Shown piece by piece: positions 14,068 to 27,024 of a stretch of DNA of 64,000 nucleotides; within the stretch, counting starts at the first letter, position 1, and every line of letters starts with the position of its first letter. Position numbers and translations under genes: made by a program. Below the pieces are notes generated by a model. That model was not told where the DNA came from. It searched no databases and was given only the letters and a program-made list of their open reading frames with translations. The stretch comes from Paecilomyces variotii (lineage: Eukaryota), in assembly GCA_004022145.1 (NCBI GenBank), contig RCNU01000007.1. One strand, written 5' to 3'.

Positions 14068-14708
14068 CAGGGTTCTATTATATTGCTTAATGATGCTGTC
14101 ATTGATATGAAGATCTCAAAGAACGCTGGGAGGAAGAGAAATGTTGTTTTTACGAGGGAGGATGCATTGACAACAGTCTAATCCGGGGTCGGATTACTAC
14201 GTTGTTCCATTCCTAGCTGGCTTAACTACTTAGTACTTTATCCGAAGTGGGTCTTCGTTTACCCAGCGCTGGTTCTATAGTACAGCACAGCATGCGCTGT
14301 GATGTCTCGATAGCCCGATAATGAACTTTCAAGTAGGTAGGTAGGTAGTAGGTATAGATAGTAATCCGATATATCTATTTTATCTTCACATGATGTTTCA
14401 ATTGCCATTGCTAGGATATTGATATTGATACAATGCCTGCTTGGTAGTTCGCGCCAGAATAAACTAGACTAGATAAAGAGCAAGAAACACATAACTTGTA
14501 GGAAACGCGAGAGAGAAATGATAAAAACCAGTCATAGTGTTTCGAAATGGTTTGTTTAGATACACAGCGTGGGAAGATATACATATTTGACTCGGATTCA
14601 GTTGGTTGGGTCTTTTTTCTCTTTTCCTTACTTCTTCTTATATTGATTCAGACATGTAAATTTAATACAGAAAGGGGGGAATAGATGGATATATCCGGAT
14701 TTCCAAAT

Positions 14709-17365
14709 TCACTCCACCGTCGTTGGTGGATCACCAGCTGCGGTGGAAGGGTTCAGCCCCGGGGCTTGCAATGCCTCGGGCAGCTTCAATGGCGCCGTGG
14801 GTATAGACTCTAACTTATCGAGCTTTTCGCCGCGAAGAACCTTCTCCATCTCTTCCTTGGTCAACGTCTCGTACTCCATCAGCGCTTTGGTGAGCGTCTC
14901 CAGCTCGCTGCGCCTCTCGGTCAAGATCTTTGTGGCGCGGGCGCGGCCTTCTTCCACCAGACGACGCACTTCAGCTTCGATTTCTTGCTTGGTCTCAGAC
15001 GAAAGACTGTTGTAGTTCGTAGAGAGATCAACGTTTCCGAGTTTCTTGGAATAACCAAACCGGGTCACTAGGGTGAAAGCGGTTTCTGTAGCTTGTTGAA
15101 GATCCTATGAGAAATGATTAGCAAATTTGTAGTCAACCAGAGACAGCCGATAGACTTACCGCTGAGATACCGCTGGTCACCTTGTCAGGGCCGAAGATCA
15201 GCTCTTCCGCAGCCTTACCACCCATCGATACATCGATATCAGACAGGTATTCCGTGTAGTTTCTCGAAACCATGTCCATCTCGGGAAGGAAGTGCGTCAC
15301 ACCTAATGCCATTCCTCGCGGAACGATCGTAATCTTGTATAGAGGAGTGGAGGATGGCGAGAAGTAGGCGACAAGAGCATGGCCAGCCTCGTGGTACGCA
15401 GTCAGGAGCTTGTCCTTGTCCTGGATGATACGGCTGCGTGCTTCCGCACCCATAATGATCTTATCCTTGGCCCAGTCAAAGTCCTTAGGACCAACCTTGC
15501 TTTGTCTATTGCGGCTGGCATGGACAGCGGCCTGGTTCACCAAGTTCTCCAGGTCTGCACCGGAGAATCCAGGAGTACCACGGGCGATAACGGCAACATC
15601 CACATCTGTACCGACTTGGACGTTCTTCATGTGGTGCTTCAAGATATCCATACGGCCGCGCACATCCGGAAGACCGACAACAACTCTGCGGTCGAAACGA
15701 CCTGGGCGAGTCAGAGCCTTGTCGAGCAACTGCGGGTAGTTGGTAGCAGCAATAATGATAACACCGCTGGTCTGGGAGAAACCATCGAGCTCAGTCAGAA
15801 GCTGGTTAAGCGTCTGTTTCACGTAGGCAGCGTCACGCTCGTTTCTCTTGGCACCTATGGCATCCAGTTCGTCGATGAAGATGATAGCCGGTGCCTTGGA
15901 ACGAGCCTGGGCGAAAAGGTCACGGACACGCTTAGCTCCAACACCCACATAGACTTCATCGAATTCGGATCCAGACATGTAGAAGAAGGGCACACCAGCC
16001 TCTCCAGCGACAGCACGAGCCAGCAGGGTCTTTCCGGTACCCGGAGGTCCAACCAGAAGTACACCCTTGGGGAGCTTGCCACCGAGAGTTGAGAATCGCT
16101 CCGGGTTCAGAAGGAACTCGACCAGCTCTTGGAGTTCATCCTTGGCCTCGTCGCATCCGTGCACATCGCTGAAACGGACTTTTTGCTGCTGAGGTTGCGC
16201 TTCGTTATTCTGCGGACCGCGGACGTTCTTCAGAACACCTGTTGTTTCGATAAGGATGGTAACCAGAACGAGGGACATGTACGTAAAGAAGCCAAAATAG
16301 AGAAGGAACTTGATCCATCGAAACACAGCGCTGCCTAGTGACTCTTCGACCACGACGTACAGAGGAGCGTCCTTGGCGCCGGTGCCTGTCTGCTTCGTGG
16401 CCATTCCGATCTGGCCGCCATAGTTCCGCGCCGCAACCGCTTGACCGATGGCCTGCAACTGTTCCGGAGGGATGTTTTGATTCTGCCCTGGAGCCTGCGC
16501 AACGGGGAAGGCCGCATCGGCACCACCCACACGCTGCAGTGCTTTCAGGTACAGTGCCTCAGTAGCTGCATTGCCGGCGAAACGTCCGCTCCGTACACGC
16601 TCCACGATGATAGCAGGCATATTGGCGCGCAGGAGCGCTTGGTAGAACGCGTTCTGGGCGTTGGCGCTACTGGGGTTGTTATTCGCTGTTTTCTCCTTCT
16701 GTGCCAACATGTTGGTCGATAGCCCGCCAAAAAAACTCCGTTGCTGTTCAACTTGGGGGAGACCCTTTACTCGAGGCACTGGTCGAAGGCGACTGAGGCC
16801 AAAGCCAGACATGCTAGAATACTGACGAGAAGCTTGTGACATGCCTGGACGTATCCGCGGGAGCGACTGGGAAGCCCATGTTGTCGAAGTCCGTCCTAGA
16901 ACTTAACAAACGTCAGTACGAGCTCTAACGCACCATCACAAGCAAGTGCAGGAGTCTAGACAAAGCCAACTAACCTTGTGATGGCACACCAGAGGTCATG
17001 CCAGCTCTCAGCGTGTTCAGGGACACTGTACCCAGACATTCAGGTAGCGATAAATGTTGAGATGCCTAATCTCATCAGCATTGCATGCACATGAGGTTAT
17101 AACTGGCATTGGACATACCTTTGCATTTCCTGCTTTGGTGGCAATACCGCGCTGAGCAGTGTTCGGCCTGGAGGTGACTCTAGAACCGGAGATAGAGCGG
17201 TCAACATGTCTCCGGGGCGCGGAGAGGACGTTCGATATAGAAGGCCAGAGATCTGAAGATACAGCCGTGATGTTCTATTCACAATCAAACAGTTAGCGAT
17301 GGTGCATCAACACGAGACAAGCAACCCAGACATACCGGCATGCTAGCTGCAACCTGAAAGGCCAT
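14709..17365 (-). CDS. YME1: Mitochondrial i-AAA metalloprotease (FtsH family)
   Basis: Walker A GPPGTGKT, Walker [19 protein letters not shown], pore loop YVG and HEAGH zinc motif. Start exon [10 protein letters not shown] at 17365; several 5' introns and one near 15105-15159. Confidence 0.93.
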
Positions 17366-18057
17366 GGTGGTCCGAGGTTCCGGCGGCGCTCGGCCGCAGC
17401 AAGAAAAGAGAGGCTATTCAGATGGTAGGAAGAGGGCGCGAACCCTGATAGAGAGATAGGATTAATATTGAAGAAGGACGAGAGCCATCGCTCAGGACGA
17501 TGTCGGTATGAAGGTGAGAAGCAGGCGTGGAGCGCGCTATGATGTCTGGTCTCTCCAGTGCTTTGGTCACTCCGATGCGGCGAATTTCACTGGTCTTGCC
17601 ACTGCGGGCGCTGTACGTCGCCGTAGTCTGCTTAGTCACCGGTCTTGATGCTTGGGGTCAGGTGACTGGGCCTTTCAGGACTACCTACTGGGATATCTAT
17701 TTCAGCATACAACAAACCGAGTGGGCAGTGGCTGATTCCAAGAACATATGAACCATTCACATGGCGAAGCTTAACCGAGGGTGACCCGAAGCTCCAGATC
17801 AACCTTTGTTGCACTGGTTGTCGCGGTCTTGGCGTTGTTCTACTTTCTACTCCATACTCCATGAAAGGGCTGATCGAAAATAGAGCAACCCATCCTCAGA
17901 ATCAAATGCAAGAACGTGCCAGAAAAGAAACAAAGACGAAGACGTCGTTCAAAGGCACCTAATCCATGCTATTTGCAGATCCCAGAGGCTTTTATCGAAC
18001 AGGAGTCTGGCCAGGGTCCTCTTAGCGGCTAATTACCGGCTGATACTGCCAGCCAGA

Positions 18058-19182
18058 ATGAGTATGCCAACGAAGTCGATCTTCCTGATGGGGGCTCCTT
18101 TGCCAGAGAACCTGGTATGGGATGAGGAAGGACTCCTGAATGCCCCGATACCCCCGTTCAGCGGAGAGAATATCAGTGACGGGGAGACGCACGCAGCCTC
18201 TGCTACTCACTCAGTCAGGTGGAGGGTTTTGCAGGGTTCCAGAAGGGCCTCAGAAACAGCTGCAGATCCTTTGCGGGGAAGTGAAGAAGCTCTCTTTTTG
18301 ACCCCTCGAGATCTCAATGTCGTTTCCGTGGAGGATCCTGCGTTTGGAGGCTGCGGAGGAACAAGCTCTGCAGACGATCCCGACGTCCTCTCGAAATTCT
18401 ATAATCATTCGTTCACAATCTACGAGACTTCTGCAGCAGCTCTCCCGGCTGAATCTACGGACTGGGAGTCCAGTGGTGACAGTGTCCAGACAAGCAGTAC
18501 TGGCATCACCCACGCTGGCCAGGGAGGCCCTTTGGTAGGATCTTTCCCTCCCATACGGGGAACAATCAGCGATCTGAAAGACATTCCGAACGCGGCCTAT
18601 CTGCATTCGATTGTTCCCCAGACCATGACTGTCAATCTCGTGGTGGGCGTGATCGCCGTGTACCCGCGCCGCCGTGTCTTAACCCGGTGGCAACGGGAAC
18701 TGGATATTGTCGAGCTGATTGTGGGGGATAACACCAAGGCGGGGTTTGGCGTGACCATCTGGCTTCCTCCGGCAGAGCAGACAACTAAGGAGACCAATTC
18801 TGAGCGGGGGGCTGGCGGAGGCATCCGTGCGGATGCTCTTGGACAGGCCGTGGCAGGACTCCGCCCACGAGACATCGTGCTGCTCCGGACGGTAGGCTTA
18901 AGCTCGTTCCGGGAACGGGTCTACGGCCAGAGCCTCCGCCATGGTCTGACCCAGATCGACCTGCTATACCGCCAGCCTGTCGACTTGAACGATCCCCCGG
19001 GCATATACACCTCGCGGGCGATCGATGCGGCCAGCGCGGACGATCTGCGGACACAGAAAGTCCGCCGAGTCCGCGACTGGATCAGGAACTTTGTTGGCTC
19101 GGGGCCGGATGAGGCAGGCGGTGACCCTGGAATGTGCGGCGCCTCGAATCGGAGGCCTTTGCTCCCGCCAGACACGCAGTAG
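18058..19182 (+). CDS. Conserved fungal protein with probable OB-fold (nucleic-acid binding)
   Basis: Intronless 374-aa ORF. The C-terminal half (TMTVNLVVGVI...ELIVGDNTKAGFGVTIWL...LRPRDIVLL..V.LSSFR..VYGQS) has an OB-fold-like beta-strand pattern. Divergent from YME1. Confidence 0.7.
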   Translation: MSMPTKSIFLMGAPLPENLVWDEEGLLNAPIPPFSGENISDGETHAASATHSVRWRVLQGSRRASETAADPLRGSEEALFLTPRDLNVVSVEDPAFGGCGGTSSADDPDVLSKFYNHSFTIYETSAAALPAESTDWESSGDSVQTSSTGITHAGQGGPLVGSFPPIRGTISDLKDIPNAAYLHSIVPQTMTVNLVVGVIAVYPRRRVLTRWQRELDIVELIVGDNTKAGFGVTIWLPPAEQTTKETNSERGAGGGIRADALGQAVAGLRPRDIVLLRTVGLSSFRERVYGQSLRHGLTQIDLLYRQPVDLNDPPGIYTSRAIDAASADDLRTQKVRRVRDWIRNFVGSGPDEAGGDPGMCGASNRRPLLPPDTQ

Positions 19183-20173
19183 TAAATTCAAACAATCATG
19201 GGGAGAAACGAAACAAGAATAGTAACTACTAAATAATAGCATCCTCACTCAGCCACCGCAGGCAATGCAGGCAATGCACAGCACCACAAGAAACGGACAG
19301 CGCTGACTGGTGCCGTTCTAGACGTCGACGGCCGGCTACCCTGGATCGGGCTCGGAATGAGAGCTTCCCAGTCACCCGTACCGTGACCGTCGGGCCCCGT
19401 GACCCCCGATCATGATTGTGTCCCGGAGATGGTGATGGATGCTACATCGGCCGAGCCGTGGGATGAAGTTGGGTCGTTCAGTCGCAGACCATCGCATTGT
19501 GAGCACAATGATATTGAATCCTGTCAGGTGGTCCTGGTGGTGAGACCCAGTCGCTGGCTCCCGCAGGCAAAACGTGGGAGTGGCCCTACAATGGAGTAGA
19601 GGAGTTATGGTCATTGGCAGCGACCGAATAATGGGCTGCTGGTCTAGGAAGATTTCAGGATAGAGAGCGGGGGGGATAATGAGGGCTCATTCCAATGATT
19701 CCAGACTCAGACTCAGGGGCCCATGAATTAATCGCCGTGAATCGCCATGAATAGACGAACACGGGAGGAAGCCAGTTAAACCAGTTAAAGCGGTTAAACC
19801 GTCTTGAGCGCAGGCCCGCTCCCCCCCTTTTGTGGCGTTAGCTGCGAACGTGCCCGGCGACTCGATGAGGGCGCAACAAACCAAACCTTGGGAAGGCCGC
19901 TCAAAATAAGAGAAGCCGCGCCAGCTGTTCTTTTCCCCTACTTCCTATCCTCGACCGGGCCGGACTTCTTATCTGTCCTTCATTGTCGCTCCCGATCAGT
20001 TAATTAATCGATCAATCAATCAATTGTATTGTCCTCGTCTGCACTCGACTCTCGCGTGTCCCGGTCTTTCTCTCGTTACTTCCCCGCCGCGACTCTTGCA
20101 GTAAACGACACGGTGCATCCACCGGAACCACATCGTCAACAATACCTAATCACCAACTACACACGTCGCAATC

Positions 20174-21548
20174 ATGAAGGGTAAGGATGCTCTGCACGTC
20201 ACGTCCTCTGCAGCAGGCGACTAACCACTGATAAATAGCGCTCATTCTTGTCGGAGGGTTTGGTACCCGTCTGCGCCCTCTTGTAAGTCTCCCGCCGATC
20301 CTCGCCGCTGGCATTCGGGAATAACCCCCTCCTGCCGTCATCAATCAGCATGGAAGCTCATACAGCCGCTCCTCCTCTAGACCTTGACGCTCCCTAAGCC
20401 CCTGGTGGAGTTTGGCAACCGGCCCATGATCCTCCATCAGGTGGAGAGCCTGGCTGCTGCAGGTGTCACTGACATCGTGCTGGCCGTGAACTACCGCCCG
20501 GATGTGATGGTTTCGACGCTCAAGAAGGTATGTGGCCGAGGTATCGTAGAGACAGGTTCAATTGACTGACTTCTGGCGGCGGTTTTAAGTATGAGGAACA
20601 ATACAACGTCAACATCGAGTTCTCCGTGGAGTCGGAACCCCTGGGAACGGCCGGTCCCCTGAAGCTGGCCGAGAAGATCCTGGGCAAGGACGACTCGCCA
20701 TTCTTCGTTCTGAACTCCGATGTCATCTGTGAATACCCATTCCAGGAGCTGGCAGCCTTCCACAAGAGTCACGGTGATGAAGGTACCATCGTGGTGACCA
20801 AAGTGGAGGAGCCCTCCAAGTACGGTGTCGTCGTCCACAAGCCGAACCATCCCTCGCGCATCGACCGCTTCGTCGAGAAACCCGTCGAGTTCGTGGGAAA
20901 CCGCATCAACGCCGGTATCTACATTCTCAACCCCAGCGTCTTGAAGCGCATTGATCTCCGTCCCACCTCCATCGAGCAGGAGACTTTCCCCGCCATCTGC
21001 AAGGACGGCCAGCTCCACTCTTTCGACCTGGAGGGTTTCTGGATGGATGTCGGGCAGCCTAAGGACTTCCTCAGCGGCACTTGCCTCTACCTGAGCTCGC
21101 TGGCGAAGCGCAACCCCCAGCTTCTTTGCCCGAGCACTGAGCCCTACGTCTTTGGCGGTAATGTCATGGTTGACCCGACCGCCAAGATTGGCAAGAACTG
21201 CCGTATTGGACCTAATGTGGTCATCGGTCCCAATGTCGTCGTGGGCGATGGTGTCCGCCTCCAGCGGTGCGTCCTGCTCGAGAACAGCAAGGTCAAGGAC
21301 CACGCTTGGGTAAAGTCAACCATTGTCGGTTGGAACAGCTCTGTTGGCAGATGGGCCCGTCTGGAGAACGTGACTGTTCTCGGAGACGATGTCACCATTG
21401 GCGACGAAGTGTACGTGAATGGAGGCTCCATCCTGCCGCACAAGAGCATCAAGCAGAACATTGATGGTAAGTCCTCTTATACATACAGGTCAATACTGTC
21501 CGATCTGGTACTGATGTGTCGATAATAGTTCCTGCTATTATCATGTAA
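20174..21548 (+). CDS. PSA1: Mannose-1-phosphate guanylyltransferase (GDP-mannose pyrophosphorylase)
   Basis: Spliced N-terminus [37 protein letters not shown], hexapeptide-repeat C-terminus and terminal VPAIIM*. Four introns. Confidence 0.96.
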
Positions 21549-22817
21549 TTGACGTTGCCATGCCGCCATTCTCCTCTTCTCTCGTCGCCTCTTCGCTACC
21601 TTTAAAAAAAACAACACACTTTTGCATGGAATGGAGTCCTTGTTGTGTGATTCATCTATGCTCTATTGGGGTCGAGGCGATTTCCTTTATACTCTCCAGG
21701 GCAAGACAGCGTCTGATCTGCTGATAGAATCGTTCGCTGTCATCGCATACTTTATCCTATTCCCCTTTTATTCTCTGTCGTGCTGTGAACTGCTCCACTT
21801 ACGGGCCCTGGTGGTGGGAGTGGTGCTCACGGTTTCTGATCTATTCTTTTCGCATCTTTCGCACTTGTGATGGCCCTGAGATTCTTTAGTACCCCCTATT
21901 GCGCAGTTTGTCCTGGGATGATAGTGGAATTGGAGTATCATTGGCTCACTTCACTCTCATATGGCTGAAAAAAGGAGAGGGAACTATAGGCGTACAAGAG
22001 TCGTCTGTATGACACCCCCGCTAGCTTCCTCCCTATATGATATCGTTTGTCTCTCTTATGATACTTCCTGCTCTGTTTACACCCATAGGGACGAGGCTGT
22101 ATCTGCGACAGAACCCAGATGCTTTTTCATTCTGATCTGGAAAACGGAAATAACACCTATGAAGCCGTCTCTTTATTCTTTTTCTTCTCTTCAAGATCGT
22201 TTGATAATTGCACACACATAAAATTATCTTTTTTCTTTTTTGAGAAAGCATAACCCTGTTCGTGCTTACAATGTCCAGCCTTATTGTCAGCACCGATCTT
22301 CGTTTTCTATGCGACGAAGCTCGCGAAGATGAAAGATTGAAGTGTGAGACTGGAGATTTGAGTGGCGCATTTGGCTTATACGAGTACTGACCGACTGCAA
22401 CACTACGGTTCGCATTTTGTACGCGTTAACGATCTATGTTCTAATATCTATTTTTACTGCAATACCCTGACTGTCTCTTAGAGGCTCGTTTCGTAATATA
22501 ATGACCGTCACTTCAACCTGCCAGAAGCGACCGGATAAATGTCATTGCGCACTTTCAGTTACTCAGGTCGATACAAGGTCCATATCTATATTAATATCTC
22601 AACTTCAGCTGCGATCCAGGATACGAAGGTTCTAGGAGAAGGCGTAGTTCTGCGTGGCGAATCCGAGTCAGACCATCTTTGACAGTGCGTTCCTACATCA
22701 AGTGATAGTAAAGTCACTATATTATTATTATCTATGCTAAGTATGTATATGAACAATGGTGCGATGGGTAATTTCGTTAGACAATTAGGGCAAGCAAAAA
22801 AGCAAAAAAGAAAACCA

Positions 22818-22891
22818 TGGTCCCGACGAGGGTCGAACTCGCGACCTTGGCGTTATTAGCACCACGCTCTAACCGACTGAGCTACGGGACC
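22818..22891 (-). tRNA. tRNA-Ile (anticodon AAU)
   Basis: Reverse complement GGTCCCGTAGCTCAGTCGGTTAGAGCGTGGTGCTAATAACGCCAAGGTCGCGAGTTCGACCCTCGTCGGGACCA folds as a cloverleaf. A T-rich terminator-like tract follows. Confidence 0.95.
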
Positions 22892-23632
22892 TGATTGGTT
22901 GGTGGAGTCATCCGATCTGTGACTTATTAACAGAAACAGAAAAACCGTGTCTGCTATAATTTATATTATTATTACAGGCTGGCAGGATATAATAGTACAC
23001 TATATTCTTAGGGGAGAACGTAAAAATGTTCTAGCAGTATTTATTTTGCCTATTATTAGACTGTAGTTATTTAAGCGGTAAAATATACTTATGCTTTTAT
23101 ATAAAAGGATAACTACTCTGAAAATAAGATACTATTAGTTTCTCTAGGTGTTACAGAAACATGCCGGCAGCGGAACTATCTCAAGCTGCCGAGGTGAGCT
23201 TAAGCATTGACCAAGTTGGTCCGACCACCCACTATCGAGCTTAGCAAAAGCTTGTCTTTCGCCAATTGTTCTGTTATTATATTCTTTTTATTGTTCCTTT
23301 ATCTTCCAAGGTTCTTTTCCCCTCCTTGGTGGGCCCGCGTGCAACGTCATCGGAATCGTTCCGGCCGATACCTTAGTAATCGACATCGCATTGTTGTCCG
23401 GAGGAGGGGTAGAGCAGTAGTTATTTCTATCGTGGACGTCTCTTGGACCTCGAAGATCTTTATTTTGAAGTCAGCGAACTGCCAAGTTAACGTAGTGTGC
23501 ACCCCTGAGCCGTTGGAGAAAGAGCATCTTGCTGACGGAACTGTCTTGACCTATCCAGTGGATATTAATATCTCCATAATAAATACACACAACAAGCGAA
23601 ACAGGCTCGATAAACCTGATACATTAGCAGAA

Positions 23633-24680
23633 ATGGCATCTCAAGTTTCATGGATTGGATTGGGGAACATGGGCAGGGTGAGTTTTACCCAATTGCTATT
23701 ATTTTCTATCCTTGGCTTCATGCGTCAAATGGAACGGCCAAAGAATGCCTCCCAGATCACTTCACTACAAAAATACCCAGACAAAACTAACCAGTTCACA
23801 GGGGATGTGCAAAAACATCATTGAAAAAGGCTCCCTTAAGTCTCCTCTGATTGTCTACAACCGTACCGCTGCGCGTGCCCATTCTCTCGTCGAGTCCTTC
23901 CCCAAGGGCAAAGCTACTGTCGCTACCACCATTGCCGATGCCGTGAAGCCAGCGGATCTTATCTTCATCTGTGTCGGTGACGATGCCGCCTCTGACAATG
24001 TTATCAAGGAGGCTATAGAGTCCGGCGATGTCAAGGGGAAGCTCTTCGTCGACTGCTCGACCGTCCACCCAGACACGACCCGAAAGACCTCTCAGACTCT
24101 TACGGAGAAGGGAGCTTCCTTCGTCTCTTGCCCAGTCTTTGGTGCCCCGGCGTTCGCTGATGCCGGACAGCTCGTCAGTGTGTTGGCTGGAAAGAAGGAA
24201 GACGTGGACAAGGTCAAGCCTTTCACTACGGGCGTGACCAGTCGCACCATTATCGACCTGTCCGACCAGGAGATTGGAAGAGCGAGCATGCTCAAGGTCC
24301 TTGGAAACTCTTTCATTCTAAGCACCATCGAGACCCTCTCTGAGGGCCTGGTCCTGGCTGAGAAGTCTGGTCTTGGTACCGACACCTACCACCAGTGGCT
24401 GGAGCTCTTCTTCCCCGGAGCGTTCCCGAAATACTCGACCCGCATGACTTCTGGTGACTACTACCAGAGAGAATACCCACTGTTCGCGGTCGACTTGGCT
24501 CGGAAAGATCTGCGTCACGCGTTGAGCTTGGCCAGCTCTTCCGGCGTGCATCTGCCTAGTGCGGAGGTCGCGGATGGTCTTTTGAAGGAAGTCAAGGAGC
24601 ATGATGGCGAGAAGGGCGATGTCGCAGGTATTTACGGTGCGCTTCGACAGCACTCTGGTTTGAAGTATGAGAATCAGTGA
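23633..24680 (+). CDS. NAD(P)-dependent beta-hydroxyacid dehydrogenase (3-hydroxyisobutyrate/6PGD NAD-binding family)
   Basis: Exon 1 MASQVSWIGLGNMGR (Rossmann GxGxMG), intron ~23678-23801, then YNRT, VDCSTVHP, CPVFGAP, LKVLGN and DLARKD. Confidence 0.9.
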
Positions 24681-27024
24681 ACGGGTTTTTCTTTTGGTTT
24701 TATAATGGATGCAGTGACATAAATCATCTGCTTTATATTTAAAAATAATGAGGACGATATGAAAGCACAGTACTAAACTCAGTCACTAGATGCGAATAAT
24801 ACACGCCTGTCCTTCTTATTATTATATACGATTGCTATTCCTGCTAAGCGCCTTATAAACCCATTTCTTTGCGATCATTTGAGGTGTTACTATTCAGTCC
24901 CATATGGTATTTTAGCGACTATCCAAAGAGATGACCGTCACGCTCGCTCTCGTTTAAGCCCTTTGCTAAGCTCCGCCCTACTTATATAAATCAGTCACCC
25001 AGTCACAAGATCGAGTGGTTTGTGGAGCAGAAAGAGTTGTTCTAATTACAAAGGTCGATAAAAGTATGTTTTTGACCAAGCGTATGTGCTTCCGAGGTCA
25101 GTCTTTACACATAGCTCTACTCCTCTTCCAAGGCTGTCCCGGGTATGTTGAACAGTCGCATCTAGGAGATCGCGATCAGATTGTTTTCTTTGCGCATAGA
25201 TGATTTCGCGAGTTCTACGTAACACAAACAAGGATAACCATGCACGAGAGTAGATCCATGTTTGCAGAAACTGAAAGCCGACTTCAAATGTAATTTTTGA
25301 CGGTGGTTCGATTGAAAAGTATGCCATTGCTTAAACCATATGTGACAGTGGCTTCTAAGTAGTTCGACAAGATTGAAACATTAGACCTCCGCCCAGAGGA
25401 CGTAGTTACAATACAATAAGTTGTATTTCAAGAACGAGATGCTTTCTCTTTGAATGCGCTTGGAGTCAATAATGATCCGGGGGCCCCGCCCCTCAAAGTG
25501 GATAGACGCGACTACTACTCCGTATGGTACAGTAAGTGGCTTTTGTTCCTGAAAAGCTTTTTTATGCAAGACACTTGCTGGCTTTTTGCGCCTGCAGACG
25601 TGACAGTTGAAGTCCCATTGCCCGCCGACCGAGGGAGCTCCTAACATGATGATGCAAGGGATAACGCTGTTCCTGATTGTTGCCAATCTGGCCATCACTA
25701 GACGCTCGCAGAACTTTCGCCCCTTGAAACCATTGCTCTCTGGTGTTACTGAAAGCTACGAAGTATTGGTGGGATATATCCTGACCGAAATCTCGGCCTC
25801 GGCCGTCAGAGATATTACTTGACACTTTTAAGTGTTCTCGAACGCTCTGGTCCAGTACCAATAAGGTAGATGATCAACTCAGGGTGTCCGCGTCCCTGGT
25901 ATCAATGAAAGGATTCGGTTCCGTCGTGTGTCCCGGTTAGTCTGTTCCTGATCCTATCTATCTACTGGGCTCACTGGGCTTCCAAGGTCACCAAAATTCA
26001 GTGGCACTCTTCCCCGAAAGAACAATGAAATTACCATGTCTCCTACTTCTTGACTTCTAATCTGAAATCTTCCCCAGAATCGCCAGGATCAGCATGACAG
26101 GTGACGTACGCCGAAAGCAAGCGTGTTCCGTGGCGCATCGATAGTCCAGCTGCGCGGGATGTGATATGGCCAGCGCCAACGAATCGAAGATGCGGGGGTT
26201 TCGCTGGTTTTCGGTGGAGCCGGAACATGCTTGGATCAATCACCCTAGCTTTCTTGATAACAGATGCGACGCTGCCCATCGGCCCCTTTAACGTCGTCTG
26301 CGAGGTGTCGTTTACGGAAATTGCAGGATGCATCGATCGTTCGGGAGCGCAGTCGTCCTTATCAAAAAGTGCATCCCGGGAAATAATGTATGTCCTAAGA
26401 AATTCCGTGCCCGGTGGCAAAGGACTACGAAAGGGAGAGAAAGAAACCCGTAGAAAAAACTGCAATAAGGCGGAAATAAGCTTTTTCTGGTCTGGTGAAT
26501 CTTGAATTCTCGGCGCAAAACGGCTTGTTAGTGACAAACTGAAGGTTTTTTTTTTTCCTACAGACTTCATGGGATATTCTTAGCGCTGACACTGTGCAAG
26601 CAGTTTTATCCCGAGTAGCCTATAGGACAGACGCATGATCCACCTAGATACAGTTCCTGAGGATACGATTTGGCACGTCCCATGTATCTTCTGAGACATT
26701 TTTACCCGGACGAGGCATCCCACTTGGGCACAGAGGAAGGATGGCCTCTTATTACTTATCATGCCATATCCCGGGCGGCGCGAAAGGTTTTTTCTTTCGG
26801 CTGTTCCTGGATCCCATTGCTTGTTGCTTGTAAAATAATTTTTTTGCCGCTGTTTTACGCAGAATTCACTCGTTTTGATTCTTTATCGCTCCCATTTGCT
26901 TGGAGCTTACATTCGCTTAGCACTGATCAGCCCTGTGGGTTTCTGTCAGGACCACCTACTTGTGAGACGACCAATTGCTGGATTGTAAGTACTTAATACA
27001 GGTTCCGCTGCGGAGAGATCCGAC

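Noticed and set aside
15379..16092. Long antisense ORFs over YME1 (and similar ones over glycerol kinase, PSA1 and AAT2)
   Set aside because: Shadow ORFs produced by GC-rich codon bias on the opposite strand; no recognisable motifs.
24950..26600. Scattered ORFs or possible gene remnant upstream of the GH13 gene
   Set aside because: Short, stop-interrupted frames with no identifiable motif.
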